Of a DNA stretch of 64,000 bases, positions 43,473 to 53,577 are shown piece by piece. The translations under genes were made by a program, and so were the position numbers. Origin of the DNA: a virus; IMG/VR virus record IMGVR_UViG_3300037395_000062, positions 30,110 through 94,109 of that record. One strand, 5' to 3'. A model generated the notes under the pieces. That model was not told the DNA's origin. It was given only the letters and a program-made list of their open reading frames with translations, and made no database searches. The stretch's first letter is position 1. Every line of letters begins with the position of its first letter.

Positions 43473-44723
43473 ATGAAAATCACCAGCATCACGCCAGAGC
43501 AAGCCGCGCGCTTTGGCGAATGGTCCAAGAAATGGATCGACATCGGACTATCCACGGAGCCAGCCGATTTTGATCGGGCAACCGGAGCCGCTCTCAAAGC
43601 ATACAAGCTGGCGAATCTTGATCGGCCGATGGTGATTCTGCGTATGGGTTCGCCCTATGCAGCTACGCTCGGTGGCGCGATGGCATGGGCTGTGCTGCGC
43701 GCGTCGACTGATAAGGTCCGGTCGCAGGTCGCGTCGCAGGTCCGGTCGCAGGTCGAGTCGCAGGTCGCGTCGCAGGTCCGGTCGCAGGTCGAGTCGCAGG
43801 TCGGGTCGCAGGTCGCGTCGCAGGTCGCGTCGCAGGTCCGGTCGCAGGTCGAGTCGCAGGTCGGGTCGCAGGTCGCGTCGCAGGTCGCGTCGCAGGTCGC
43901 GTCGCAGGTCGCGTCGCAGGTCCGGTCGCAGGTCTGGTCGCAGGTCGGGTCGCAGGTCCGGTCGCAGGTCGCGTCGCAGGTCGAGTCGCAGGTCCGGTCG
44001 CAGGTCCGGTCGCAGGTCGGGTCGCAGGTCTGGTCGCAGGTCGGGTCGCAGGTCGAGTCGCAGGTCTGGTCGCAGGTCGCGTCGCAGGTGGCAGTCAACA
44101 ACGATCGGGGAGGCGCTTTGTGGTCCGGATGGTGTGCCTATGTGTCGTTCTTCCGCGATGTCATGGGTTGGCGTGACAACGTTCTGGATCGGTTTGAAAT
44201 AGACGAAGCGCTCGCACAGTCCTGTGGATGGGTGTGGTGGCACGAAAATGTCTTGGCGATTTCGGATCGACCGCTAGAAATCCACCGCGATAGGGAGGGC
44301 CAGCTGCATTCGCTTGTGGGTCCGTCGATCAAGTATCGCGATGGGTGGGCTCTGTATCACTCGCACGGCACCGCAATACCGGCCGAATGGATTGAGCAGA
44401 AGGGCACACTTACCCCCGAGATCGCCCTAACGGCGGTCAACGGAGAGCAGCGGCGAGCGGCGTGTGAAATCCTGGGTTGGGATGCCATCCTACGCGAGCT
44501 GGGGGCCAAGACGATCGATCTTGACCCGGACCCCGAAATAGGCGTGCTGCTTGAGGTCGAGTTACCCGACATCGGTCGGGAAAGGTTCCTACGTGTTCGA
44601 TGCGGGACGGGGCGGCAGTTCGCAATACCGGTGCCTCCAACCACAAAGACCGCGTTGGAGGGAAACGCCTGGATATACGATATCCCGGTGAATTTGTTGC
44701 AACAGAAGGAATTTCGGACATGA
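43473..44723 (+). CDS. DUF6745-like protein with 31 SQVx repeats
   Basis: W...[10 protein letters not shown], then the 12-bp array 43722-44093, then CGWVWW..SDRP..LH..GPSI.Y.DGW..NGEQRR. Confidence 0.8.
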   Translation: MKITSITPEQAARFGEWSKKWIDIGLSTEPADFDRATGAALKAYKLANLDRPMVILRMGSPYAATLGGAMAWAVLRASTDKVRSQVASQVRSQVESQVASQVRSQVESQVGSQVASQVASQVRSQVESQVGSQVASQVASQVASQVASQVRSQVWSQVGSQVRSQVASQVESQVRSQVRSQVGSQVWSQVGSQVESQVWSQVASQVAVNNDRGGALWSGWCAYVSFFRDVMGWRDNVLDRFEIDEALAQSCGWVWWHENVLAISDRPLEIHRDREGQLHSLVGPSIKYRDGWALYHSHGTAIPAEWIEQKGTLTPEIALTAVNGEQRRAACEILGWDAILRELGAKTIDLDPDPEIGVLLEVELPDIGRERFLRVRCGTGRQFAIPVPPTTKTALEGNAWIYDIPVNLLQQKEFRT

Positions 44724-45061
44724 AAACGGTAACGACGCGACCCGCGTTTCAGGGCGAATTGATGATCCGGCGCATCGCGGTTCTGCCATCGTCGGCCAAG
44801 CTGACTGACCCGACCAAGGGACATCACATCGTGGCGCATAGCGAAAGCGGACACCACCATGTGGTCGATGCTGATCTGGCGCAGCGGTTCATTGACGATA
44901 CCAACGCATTCATCAGCTACTTGTCGGTGGCCGACAAAGCGACCATCGAGCACCTTCGCTCCTACGACACGCACGAAACGCTGGAGCTTGACGCCGGCGT
45001 CTACGAGGTTCGGCTGGCTCGCGAATATACCGCCGAGGGGTTTCGCCCGTCCACTGACTGA
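44720..45061 (+). CDS. His-rich partner protein of DUF6745
   Basis: FQGELMI..AHSESGHHH..H..HET..GVYEVR.AREY. Confidence 0.75.
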   Translation: MKTVTTRPAFQGELMIRRIAVLPSSAKLTDPTKGHHIVAHSESGHHHVVDADLAQRFIDDTNAFISYLSVADKATIEHLRSYDTHETLELDAGVYEVRLAREYTAEGFRPSTD

Positions 45062-45109
45062 TGATGAGGTGGCGCTGGAAACGGCGCCATTTCCTTTGGA
45101 GGAACCACC

Positions 45110-45879
45110 ATGCAAGACCCCCTAATCGGCATCGCCGCCGACCTGAAACGCCTCGCCAACGCTGCGGAGGACATCAGCGCCGACTTGGCCACGATTGCGC
45201 GCCATCTGCGCCAGACGGAGGCGGCAAGCCGGTCTGCGAGATCGATTGCGGATCGTACGAAGGCAATCGGTTTTCCTGTTCCGTTAGTTGCATTACGGAG
45301 ATGGTCGATGATCAGCCGCAGGAGTGATTCCATGGGTGGATCGTGCAAGAGGGAGGTATCGCGATGACGGTGGAACCTGACGTAAAGGCATTGGAGGCTG
45401 CGTTTATTGCGCTGTTCTCCTGGGTCATGAAAGGAGAGGCGTGTCGGCCTGGAAAGGAGTGGCGTCGTAGTGGGTGGGAGGCGGACGTCATGCCCCAATC
45501 ACCGGCGGGACCGTTCAATACGATTTATAATCGAAATCTAGGCATTTATGTGTATTTACGCCCCGAACGCGAGGGTTTCGGCATCATGAAGCGGATCGAT
45601 ATCCGCAATGGTACGCCGGAGGCGTTTCTGCGTGCGGTCGAGGTTACGTTAGGAAGCGTCGAGGTGAAGGAAAAGGGCGAGCTTACTCCGACGTTCGACT
45701 TGCGGTGGCTGCGAAGTAATGATCTCGAGAAACCTGTTCTTCAACAGCGGTTCACGATGCAGGACGGGCACCCGATCGCCTTCGCGATCTCGTCCCAGTG
45801 CGGGTGGGTCGGAAGTGCCGCCATGGCTGCGCGGGCTTCATCACCTGCCGTTCCGTTGAGCGGCACCATGCGCGGCTGA
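45110..45879 (+). CDS. Two hypothetical ORFs (45110..45367; 45364..45879)
   Basis: GGAGG RBSs; the second overlaps a convergent ORF. Confidence 0.45.
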
Positions 45880-46261
45880 TGCGTGACGCGGCGGCGCTTC
45901 GCGAGGCACCATCCGTCCGGAATCGGCGTTACCAGCACGAGCGCTGTGCAGTTGTCGTCCAGGCTTGAGAATATTCCGGGCGATCCGAGTGAGGAGGCGA
46001 AGTCCCATGCGGCCTTCCGCGCAGCCATCCATCGGTTTCTCCAGTCGCGGCAGATCGACAGGATGGGGTCCGCCTCGACCAACAGGTACAGCGAATCGGT
46101 CATGTACGCACCTCACGGACAAACGCTTCAAGGTCTTCCAAGGACAGGTCGTGCGCTTCCAGCATGGTGGCCAGCTTGCCGCGCCGGATGTGACTGTTCA
46201 GTTGTATCTGTTCCGCCTCCTGTTCGGCGGCAATATTCCGTTGGCGTTTACGCTCATCCAT
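45741..46261 (-). CDS. Two hypothetical ORFs (46100..46261; 45741..46103)
   Basis: ATGA coupling; downstream of a minus-strand TTGACA near 46383. Confidence 0.5.
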
Positions 46262-46422
46262 GGCTCTGCAGTTGTGTGGATACTCGCACGACTGTGCTAT
46301 TCCGCACCGTTTGCGGACGCACAATAGACCACCCTTCCCTTTTATCGCTCGCATCGTCCGTAATCCTGTTGCTTCGTTGTCAACATACTTATAGTTGGAT
46401 GCGAACGCAAGCCCGAAAACGG

Positions 46423-46451
46423 AAAAGGGCCAGAGGATAATCCTCTGGCCC
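46423..46451 (-). terminator. Intrinsic terminator after the MTase operon
   Basis: GGGCCAGAGGA-TTA-TCCTCTGGCCC-TTTT on the minus strand. Confidence 0.75.
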
Positions 46452-46519
46452 CTGCACCCCGTGACGTGGCTGGGCTGTCTCCCGCGCCGGGCTACCTCGC
46501 TATCGTTTGCATCCGCTCT

Positions 46520-47650
46520 CTACCTCGCTATCGTTTGCATCCGTTCCCGGCCGCTCTCGGCGTGCATGGTTTCCTTCTCTATGCAGACCGAATCGAATCC
46601 CTCCAGGTAGGCTGCCTCCGCCAAGGTGCAGCTTCCGGCGAAGGGGTCGAGCACCATGCCGCCTCGAGGCGTGATCAGTCTTGCGAGGTGCCGTAGAAGC
46701 GATATCGGCTTGGTGGTGGGATGCGCCTTGACGTGCTCCATGTTATCCCGGCCGTGCGCGTGCTCGCGCCCCTCGGTCGCGCGGAAATGCGTCGAACACT
46801 CCTCGCAGAAACACATCCGTTCCGCCTTGGTCGCCTTGGGGCAGTAGACCATGCTGCGTTCGGCTTCGGTGAACGCGCACTGGGTGAAGAACCGCGCGGC
46901 CGATCCAGTGTCGAATCGGCGCTGTCCCGGCTTTGCGGCGAAGTTTGTCGACCCCTTGTTCGCGTAGCGGCGTTCGGCGGAGGCTTCGCCCTGCCTATGC
47001 CGCATGGCGCCGTATACCTTGTTGTTCTTCGGTGCGCCGTCGCTGCGTGCGTCGGCCAATTGTCCCGGCGCGTCGGGAAGGCAGCCGACGACCTCCTCGC
47101 TGCCGTCCAGGATAAGGTTCCCTGGCCAGCCGCCCCGTACCCCCTCGCCGCGCGGCACCCGGCAGGCGTCGATGTTGAGATTGCGCACCGGGCCTGGCAT
47201 GCGCGCCAGGATGATGGGTTCGACGCATGGCTTCAGTCTCGACTGACGCAGCACGAGACCCTGCGAATAGACCCAGAGAATTGTGTCCTCGATCTCGAAG
47301 CCGGCCGCGTCGATCGCGGCGGCGAGCCTCCACCATGTCCTGGCGCCCCCGAACGCACACAGCCGCGCGCCGGGCTCCATCGCGGCGGCTACCGCCTTCC
47401 ACGTCTCCGGACGGAACGCGATATCCCCTGCGTCCGTGGGGCTGCCCATGAAGCCGCGCGACAGCCGTCCGGCGGCACCGTCCCTGCCGTGCACGGCGGG
47501 TGCCGCGTTCGCCGAGCCGAACCGTTTCTGGATGCTCGCGAGATGGTAAGGTGGATCCGTCACAACCGCGCTTGCCCGGAATCCAGATCTGACCGCGCCG
47601 GGCAGCCATTCCGTGCAGTCGGCGTTGACGATATCGAAGCAGGCCGTCAT
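46520..47650 (-). CDS. Amino DNA methyltransferase (beta class, DPPY)
   Basis: VTDPPY..GFEIED..HPTTKP..LDPFAGS. Confidence 0.9.
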   Translation of the reverse strand: MTACFDIVNADCTEWLPGAVRSGFRASAVVTDPPYHLASIQKRFGSANAAPAVHGRDGAAGRLSRGFMGSPTDAGDIAFRPETWKAVAAAMEPGARLCAFGGARTWWRLAAAIDAAGFEIEDTILWVYSQGLVLRQSRLKPCVEPIILARMPGPVRNLNIDACRVPRGEGVRGGWPGNLILDGSEEVVGCLPDAPGQLADARSDGAPKNNKVYGAMRHRQGEASAERRYANKGSTNFAAKPGQRRFDTGSAARFFTQCAFTEAERSMVYCPKATKAERMCFCEECSTHFRATEGREHAHGRDNMEHVKAHPTTKPISLLRHLARLITPRGGMVLDPFAGSCTLAEAAYLEGFDSVCIEKETMHAESGRERMQTIAR

Positions 47651-49011
47651 CCGATCGCCGCGTCACACATTGCGAACGGCAGCCGGACGCCGTCGGTGTC
47701 GAGACACTTCGCCGCGGCGTCCGCCAACCGGTACCGCGACATGCGCAGGTAGTCCGCGTTCAGATCGATGCCCACGGCATCGATCCCGAGCCGGGAGGCA
47801 CACAAAGCGGTTGTCCCGGCGCCGGAGAACGGGTCCAGCGCCAGGGGTGCCGCGATGCCCGCGTCGCATTTGCAGTCCGGCAACCATCCGACTGTGACCT
47901 TGCGCGCCATTCCAGCGAGGATTCGCGCCTTGGTGGCCGAGGCATCCTGCGCTCCGGCTGCGTTTCCGCCGTCGCGCGAGATGCCGGTATAGCTGCCCGA
48001 TGCGTCCGCGCCGCATGCGGCAAGCCATGCGGGATCGGCGGCCTTCTTCTCGACGATCCGCCTGAACGGCGTGGCGCATCTCACGCAGCAGCCGCCGGAC
48101 GGCACCGAGGCGCGCAGGCAGCGCGAGACCAGCCGCGTCGGGAACACCGCGAAGTGGGACAGCCAGCGGTCGTTCGCGCCGCACGCGCAGATGCGTTTGG
48201 CGTCGGCGTCGCGCGGCAGGCGGCGGTACGCGGCGCCGGCGTAGTAGGTGTCGCAGGCGAGGCAAAGCTGCGATTCGAACGGCTCCGGGTTGATGTCCCA
48301 GACCGATCGCGCGTTGCGGCTACCTCCGACTTGCGTCCACTGTTCGTCGCTGCCGCGCGCACCGTTCGCGTCGGTGTAGGTTACCCTTGCGTCACGCTTG
48401 AATCCGTTGCCGCTCGGGTGATCCGATTGGGCTGCTTCCTCGATCGCGACCGGGTCGTGGTAGTAGGTTGGCGACTTGGTGAGGTGGAATACGTATTCGT
48501 GCTGGATCGTGCAACGGTCGGTGACGCTTTCCGGCATGCACGAGGATTTTCGCCAGACGATCGCCTCGCGCAGGTACCAACCATCCGCGCGCAGCGTGAA
48601 CGCGGTCAGCCACGGGATGCCGATCAGGTCCTTTGATTTCAAACCGGTAATGTTTTTCAGGCGGCCTATACTGGTATTTCCGTGTAGACTTTTTACGTGC
48701 TTTCCTCCTGTCGATCCACCCCATTTCGTGTCGTTGGCATAGCTATCGCCCAGCACCAGCCACAGCGAGCCGTCCGGCCGCAGCGTCCGGCGCACCTCGC
48801 GGAATACGTCGCGCAACCGCGCCGCGTATCCGTCGGGCGTTGTCTCATGGCCGATCTCGGCGCCGCCGTACCGCCTGAGCCCGAAATAGGGAGGTGAGGT
48901 GACGCAGGCATGGAAGGTGTCGGGCGGGATGTCGCGCAGCCGCGTCTCGGCGTCCCCATGCAGCAAGGCGATCGACGAGGGCTTTAGCGGCGCGACGGTA
49001 GAATCCAGCAT
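47647..49011 (-). CDS. Amino DNA methyltransferase (beta class, SPPY, likely N4-C)
   Basis: VTSPPYFGLR..LGDSY..KDLIGIPW..MPESVTDR..HFAVFP..LDPFSGAGTT; Cys-rich insert. Confidence 0.9.
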   Translation of the reverse strand: MLDSTVAPLKPSSIALLHGDAETRLRDIPPDTFHACVTSPPYFGLRRYGGAEIGHETTPDGYAARLRDVFREVRRTLRPDGSLWLVLGDSYANDTKWGGSTGGKHVKSLHGNTSIGRLKNITGLKSKDLIGIPWLTAFTLRADGWYLREAIVWRKSSCMPESVTDRCTIQHEYVFHLTKSPTYYHDPVAIEEAAQSDHPSGNGFKRDARVTYTDANGARGSDEQWTQVGGSRNARSVWDINPEPFESQLCLACDTYYAGAAYRRLPRDADAKRICACGANDRWLSHFAVFPTRLVSRCLRASVPSGGCCVRCATPFRRIVEKKAADPAWLAACGADASGSYTGISRDGGNAAGAQDASATKARILAGMARKVTVGWLPDCKCDAGIAAPLALDPFSGAGTTALCASRLGIDAVGIDLNADYLRMSRYRLADAAAKCLDTDGVRLPFAMCDAAIG

Positions 49012-49232
49012 CACTCGAAGTCCAGTCCACGTTCCTCGGCAATCCACTCGGCGCAGACGATGTCGGTATCGCCTACATCCAGCGCGTCGCCGTCGGTGCA
49101 GGCCGAGCGCGGCAGCCACGTAAGCGGTGCCGCGGCGGCGGACAAGCCAGGCATGTCCTTGGCGATACCTACGGCTTTCTCGCTGGTGCGGCGGACGACG
49201 TATCCGTCCAACGTGACGTAGGCCCTGGCCAT
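49011..49232 (-). CDS. Small conserved phage protein
   Basis: TSEKAV..WLPRS..W.AEERGL. Confidence 0.65.
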   Translation of the reverse strand: MARAYVTLDGYVVRRTSEKAVGIAKDMPGLSAAAAPLTWLPRSACTDGDALDVGDTDIVCAEWIAEERGLDFE

Positions 49233-49299
49233 TCGATTTCCTGTTGCTTCGTTGCTGATGCCATGCTAGGCAGGTTTCCGTGATGACGCAACCGAAAAC

Positions 49300-49563
49300 A
49301 TGACCCTCGACGAATGGATCTCCGCCCAGCCCGGCTACGGGTCGAGGGGAAGCCCGGCGGCGCGGGACGGAAGCATGTGCAGCGCCGAGTTCGCTACCTT
49401 CATCGGCGATCCGGAACTCGGGATACCCACGCGGCAGGCGGTGGACCTGTGGCGAAAACGTCGACGCAAGCCGTCGCCGGATTGGCTGCGGCAGATCATA
49501 ATCCGTACTGACGGTGCGGTGACGGAGGCGGAAATGGAAACGATCGAGGGGAGGGATGCGTGA
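49300..49563 (+). CDS. Cro-like DNA-binding protein
   Basis: MTLDEW..TRQAVDLW..RRKP..I..T.GAVT. Confidence 0.6.
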   Translation: MTLDEWISAQPGYGSRGSPAARDGSMCSAEFATFIGDPELGIPTRQAVDLWRKRRRKPSPDWLRQIIIRTDGAVTEAEMETIEGRDA

Positions 49564-49841
49564 CGGAATCCGAATGGCTGAAGTTCACGGACGAGAAGGG
49601 CGGAACGCTGCTGTTCGGCGCCTCATCCGGGGCGATTATCGAGGTGTCGCCGCGCAAGCCGAGCATGCTGCGTATCCTCTCGGCGAACAACCTTTACCGC
49701 GACGTGCACGGGTCGATCGAGGTCCTGGCGCTGACGCTCGACGCGACTGTCGTCGAGTCGACACTGCCCGTAGGCGAGGAGCGCGTGAGGAAGGTATCCC
49801 CCGAAGACAGCCTACACCTTAAAGGTACGACCGGATCGTGA
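49560..49841 (+). CDS. Hypothetical protein
   Basis: GTGA coupling on both sides. Confidence 0.6.
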   Translation: MTESEWLKFTDEKGGTLLFGASSGAIIEVSPRKPSMLRILSANNLYRDVHGSIEVLALTLDATVVESTLPVGEERVRKVSPEDSLHLKGTTGS

Positions 49842-50383
49842 CCGTAGACCTCATCGTCGCCATCGATCCCGGCGCCACCGGCGCGATCGCGTTCCTCGAC
49901 ACCACGGGCAACCTGCTCGGCGTCGAGGACATCCCGGTGGACCGGATATCGGTCGGCAAACACTCCCGCTCGCGGGTGGCGATACCGAAGCTGCTGGCGC
50001 TGCTCGGCCAGGCCCGCGGCGCCTACGGCGTGATCGAGCAGCCGACCTACCGGCCGATGACGCGTCCCAACGCGCAGACCGGCGTGCCGGAGACCGCGGC
50101 GATGGGCGTGGCCGGCGCGGGGGCCTTCGGCGAGACCTACGGCTGCCTGATCACCGCCTGTGTCGCCTGCGGGCTGTCGTTGGACGAGGTGCGTCCCGGA
50201 GTCTGGGGCAAGGCGATCGGGCTGAAGGGCGGCAAGGACGACGCGCGGCGGATGGCGGGAAACCTGTTTCCCGGACTCTCATCGCTATTCGCCCGGGTGA
50301 AGGACCACAACCGCGCCGAGGCGGCGCTGATCGGGTTTTGGAAGGCGCGCGTCCTGCGCGGTACCGACAGGAAGGCTGCGTGA
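49838..50383 (+). CDS. RuvC-like Holliday junction resolvase
   Basis: AIDPGATGA..IEQ..FG..YG..P.VW..KDD..AEAALI. Confidence 0.85.
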   Translation: MTVDLIVAIDPGATGAIAFLDTTGNLLGVEDIPVDRISVGKHSRSRVAIPKLLALLGQARGAYGVIEQPTYRPMTRPNAQTGVPETAAMGVAGAGAFGETYGCLITACVACGLSLDEVRPGVWGKAIGLKGGKDDARRMAGNLFPGLSSLFARVKDHNRAEAALIGFWKARVLRGTDRKAA

Positions 50384-50652
50384 CAATATGCGATTGCGAG
50401 CTAGGACATAACGGTATCGGTTTAGTTATCCGTGAGTGCGATTGCGAGGATCGCAAGGCAGCGCAACGAGTCAAGGATTGCGGATACGCATGCTCGGCGT
50501 TCCCGAACTGCGGCTGCACGGTCGAGGCGCTATCGCCTCCTCCTGGCATCTGCGCCTGTGGCGACCCGGTAGAGCCTGGATTTCTGACATGCCTGTCCTG
50601 CTGGTCGGAGCACCATAAGGATGAACAACCGCTAATGCCATGGGAGACATGA
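50380..50652 (+). CDS. Cys-rich hypothetical protein
   Basis: GTGA coupled; many Cys pairs. Confidence 0.45.
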   Translation: MTICDCELGHNGIGLVIRECDCEDRKAAQRVKDCGYACSAFPNCGCTVEALSPPPGICACGDPVEPGFLTCLSCWSEHHKDEQPLMPWET

Positions 50653-51272
50653 AGATGTCGAATGAAACCAAATCGCTGTGGGTGCAGACCTTCTCTGGGT
50701 TGGCGTTCGACCTGCTGTCACCGACGATTGAGCAGGTGCGGCTCGTCGACATCGCACACAGCCTGTCGCGGCTGAACCGGTTCTGTGGCGCCACGAAGGG
50801 AACCTACGGTTGGTCGGTGGCGCAGCACAGCATGCTGGTGGAGAGCCTGCTGCCACCTTACGTCGATCCCATCCTGCGGCTGCACGTCATGCTGCACGAC
50901 GCCCATGAGGCATATATCGGCGATATCACAACACCAGTGCGTCGTGCGATCCGGTATTACGCTGGGGATAGCGACCCGCTCTATTACCTCGAATCCATGA
51001 TCGATAGCGTCGTATGGCGCGCTTTTGCTTTGGATCCGCCGACCGAAGCACAGAGGGATGCGATCAAACATGTCGACGCACTGGCTCTGAAGGTAGAGCG
51101 TTTCGCTTTGCTGGAACCGGAGCCGCGCGACTGGGGGATTCCCGATCCTGGCGAACCGCCGACCGATTTCGATACGATCTTAACACTACCACGACATCCC
51201 GGTTCCGCTAAGCAGGCATTCATCGCCCGTTTTCTCGATTTGATCGATATGCGCCACGGCACAGCCGCTTGA
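50649..51272 (+). CDS. HD-domain 5'-deoxynucleotidase (YfbR/YfdR-like)
   Basis: DIAHSLS..RF.G..SVAQHS..LHDAHEAYIGDI. Confidence 0.88.
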   Translation: MKMSNETKSLWVQTFSGLAFDLLSPTIEQVRLVDIAHSLSRLNRFCGATKGTYGWSVAQHSMLVESLLPPYVDPILRLHVMLHDAHEAYIGDITTPVRRAIRYYAGDSDPLYYLESMIDSVVWRAFALDPPTEAQRDAIKHVDALALKVERFALLEPEPRDWGIPDPGEPPTDFDTILTLPRHPGSAKQAFIARFLDLIDMRHGTAA

Positions 51273-51338
51273 CCGACTCGGTATCCTAACGGTCAGATCA
51301 TATCACACTCATCGAACCCGTATCGGAGACTTCGCGTA

Positions 51339-53564
51339 ATGGACGACGAACCCCGCACGCTGCCCGAGTTCACCGTGTCACCAGGCATGGCCAGGGCGGT
51401 CTTCGACAACAAGTATTCGAGGCCCAAACCGGACGGGTCGATGCAGACCTGGGCGGAGCGGGTGCGCGAGGTGGTGGCGGGCAACTTCCTGCTCGACCCC
51501 CGCGGCATCCGCGACGTGGCGCCGGAGTTCCAGCGCACCACGGAGTTGGCCGTGGCGGGAATCATGCCGTTCAGCGGACGGCATCTGCAGCACGGCGACG
51601 CGACGCAGCCCGACAAGATTATGGAACTTTTTACCAATTGCGCTACCGCGATGTTTTCGTTCATGTCGTTTCGCCTCGCCCTGCGTGGTGCCGGTGTGGG
51701 GCGTGACTACAGCGGCGAATCCTGTCGCGTTGACTGGGAAGAGATGCCGCAGATCAGGCTGGTGCTCGATTCTGCGCATCCTGATTTCAGGTCCACCGAA
51801 TTCGAAGGCTCGCTGGAATCGCTGCGCGACGCGCGGCACAAATACGATTCGGAATCCGAGCAGGTGCGCTGGTTCAAGGTCGGCGATTCACGCGAGGGCT
51901 GGGCGAAGATCGTCGAGATCCTGGAGACCGCGGCGTGGCAACGCAAGCATGCGGACAAGCTGTTCGTGTTTGACTGTTCGGACGTGCGACCGAAAGGCAG
52001 TCCCATCCACGGCCTGCAGATGCGTCCGGCATCGGGTCCGGTGCCGTTGATGAACGCGTTGCTGAAGGTGCAGAGCCTGCGCGGAGCGGGTATGAAGCCG
52101 TGGAAGCAGGCGCTGTTTGTCGATCACTATCTTGCCGAATGCGTCGTCGGCGGAGGGGCCCGACGTGTCGCTAGGATGGCGACGAAGTACTGGCGAGACC
52201 GCGATGTCATCGAGTTCATCGACGTGAAACGCGGAGGTTTCCTTTGGTCGGCGAACAATTCGATTCTGGTGGACAAGGCGTTCTGGGAGCAAGCTGCCGA
52301 CCCTAAGCCATCCCATGCGCGACGCGTATTCGAGGCTGCCGCCGGCGCAGCCTATTGGGATAAGACGGGAGAGCCGGGTTTTATCAACGCGGACATGCTG
52401 AACCAGAATCGCGAAGGCATGGACGGCATAACCGGCGAGACGCTGATAGACCGTAAAGTCTATGTCGATCTCCATCCGCGTACGGTGGACATGATCGGCA
52501 ACGTGCTGTCGCACGTAAACAGTTCTGAATACGCATTTATTGTCAACCCATGCTCGGAAATTTCATTGGCGAAGTACGGCGGGTACTGCGTGGTCGGCGA
52601 CGTGTGTCTTGCCTATGTTAAAAACCTGGACGACGCGCTAGACGCCGTCCGTCAGATGGCGAAGTTCCTGGTGCGCGTCAATCTCATGAAATCGGAGTAC
52701 TCGGCGGAAGTTCGCAGGACGAATCGGATTGGCGTGTCGCTGACCGGGCTGCACGAGTTCGCGTGGCGCAAGTTCGGGCTGACGTTCGACAATATGATAG
52801 AGTTTAACGATACCGGCTTGAAATCGACGTCTGCGGATTTCTGGACGTTCATCGACTCCATGCGGATTGCCGCAGAGGACGCGGCGGCCAAGTTTTCCGC
52901 GATCGTCGGACTTCCGGCACCACATACCGTCACTACGGTGAAACCTTCCGGCACTATCGGCAAGGTGATGAACTGCACCGAAGGCGTTCACCTTCCTGCC
53001 TTGGCGCACTATCTGCGTTGGGTGCAGTATAAGATAGAGGATCCGGACCTTGCCGTGCTGCGGTCGCGCGGCTATCCCGTCAAGGACATATCGCACCGGT
53101 ATTCCGGTCATTTCGCGGTCGGCTTTCCTACTCGCCAACCGATCGTAGACATGATGGGAAGCTTTATCGTTACCTCCGACGAAACAACACCGGAAGAACA
53201 GTTTCGCTGGCTTGCGCTGCTAGAGAGGTTCTGGCTCGGACCGGATGGCCGGAACAACAACATCAGCTACACGTTGAAATACAGTTCCGCTAACGTTACG
53301 TTTCAAGGTTTCATGGATATGCTGCTGGAATGGCAACCCAAGGTGCGCTGCTGCGCGGTGATGCCGCAGGACGACTGGCGGACTTCGGAGAAGGTGTACG
53401 GTTACGTACCGGAGCAGCCGATCACCGCCGAGGAGTATGCCGACCTGATGTCGCGGATCGCGCCGGTGGAGCGCGAGGGATACGACGAACAGGCCTTGCT
53501 TTGCGAGGGCGGTGTGTGCCCGGTCGAACCTGACGTCAGGAAAACGTCGCCGACCGAAAAATAA
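51339..53564 (+). CDS. nrdJ: Class II (B12-dependent) ribonucleotide reductase
   Basis: GRHL..TNC..G.GVG..DSREGW..VRPKG..ASGP..GGARR.A..NNS..GEPG..NPCSEI..RIGV..TTVKPSGT; no beta-subunit gene nearby. Confidence 0.88.
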   Translation: MDDEPRTLPEFTVSPGMARAVFDNKYSRPKPDGSMQTWAERVREVVAGNFLLDPRGIRDVAPEFQRTTELAVAGIMPFSGRHLQHGDATQPDKIMELFTNCATAMFSFMSFRLALRGAGVGRDYSGESCRVDWEEMPQIRLVLDSAHPDFRSTEFEGSLESLRDARHKYDSESEQVRWFKVGDSREGWAKIVEILETAAWQRKHADKLFVFDCSDVRPKGSPIHGLQMRPASGPVPLMNALLKVQSLRGAGMKPWKQALFVDHYLAECVVGGGARRVARMATKYWRDRDVIEFIDVKRGGFLWSANNSILVDKAFWEQAADPKPSHARRVFEAAAGAAYWDKTGEPGFINADMLNQNREGMDGITGETLIDRKVYVDLHPRTVDMIGNVLSHVNSSEYAFIVNPCSEISLAKYGGYCVVGDVCLAYVKNLDDALDAVRQMAKFLVRVNLMKSEYSAEVRRTNRIGVSLTGLHEFAWRKFGLTFDNMIEFNDTGLKSTSADFWTFIDSMRIAAEDAAAKFSAIVGLPAPHTVTTVKPSGTIGKVMNCTEGVHLPALAHYLRWVQYKIEDPDLAVLRSRGYPVKDISHRYSGHFAVGFPTRQPIVDMMGSFIVTSDETTPEEQFRWLALLERFWLGPDGRNNNISYTLKYSSANVTFQGFMDMLLEWQPKVRCCAVMPQDDWRTSEKVYGYVPEQPITAEEYADLMSRIAPVEREGYDEQALLCEGGVCPVEPDVRKTSPTEK

Positions 53565-53577
53565 CTACAGAACTGCT

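Noticed and set aside
43722-44093. 12-bp array as CRISPR; opposite-strand repeat ORFs
   Set aside because: Coding tetrapeptide repeat; the other frames are open only because the unit has no stops.
50649-51272. HD hydrolase as DatZ of a Z-genome
   Set aside because: No PurZ in the window; the motifs fit the common YfdR-like family.
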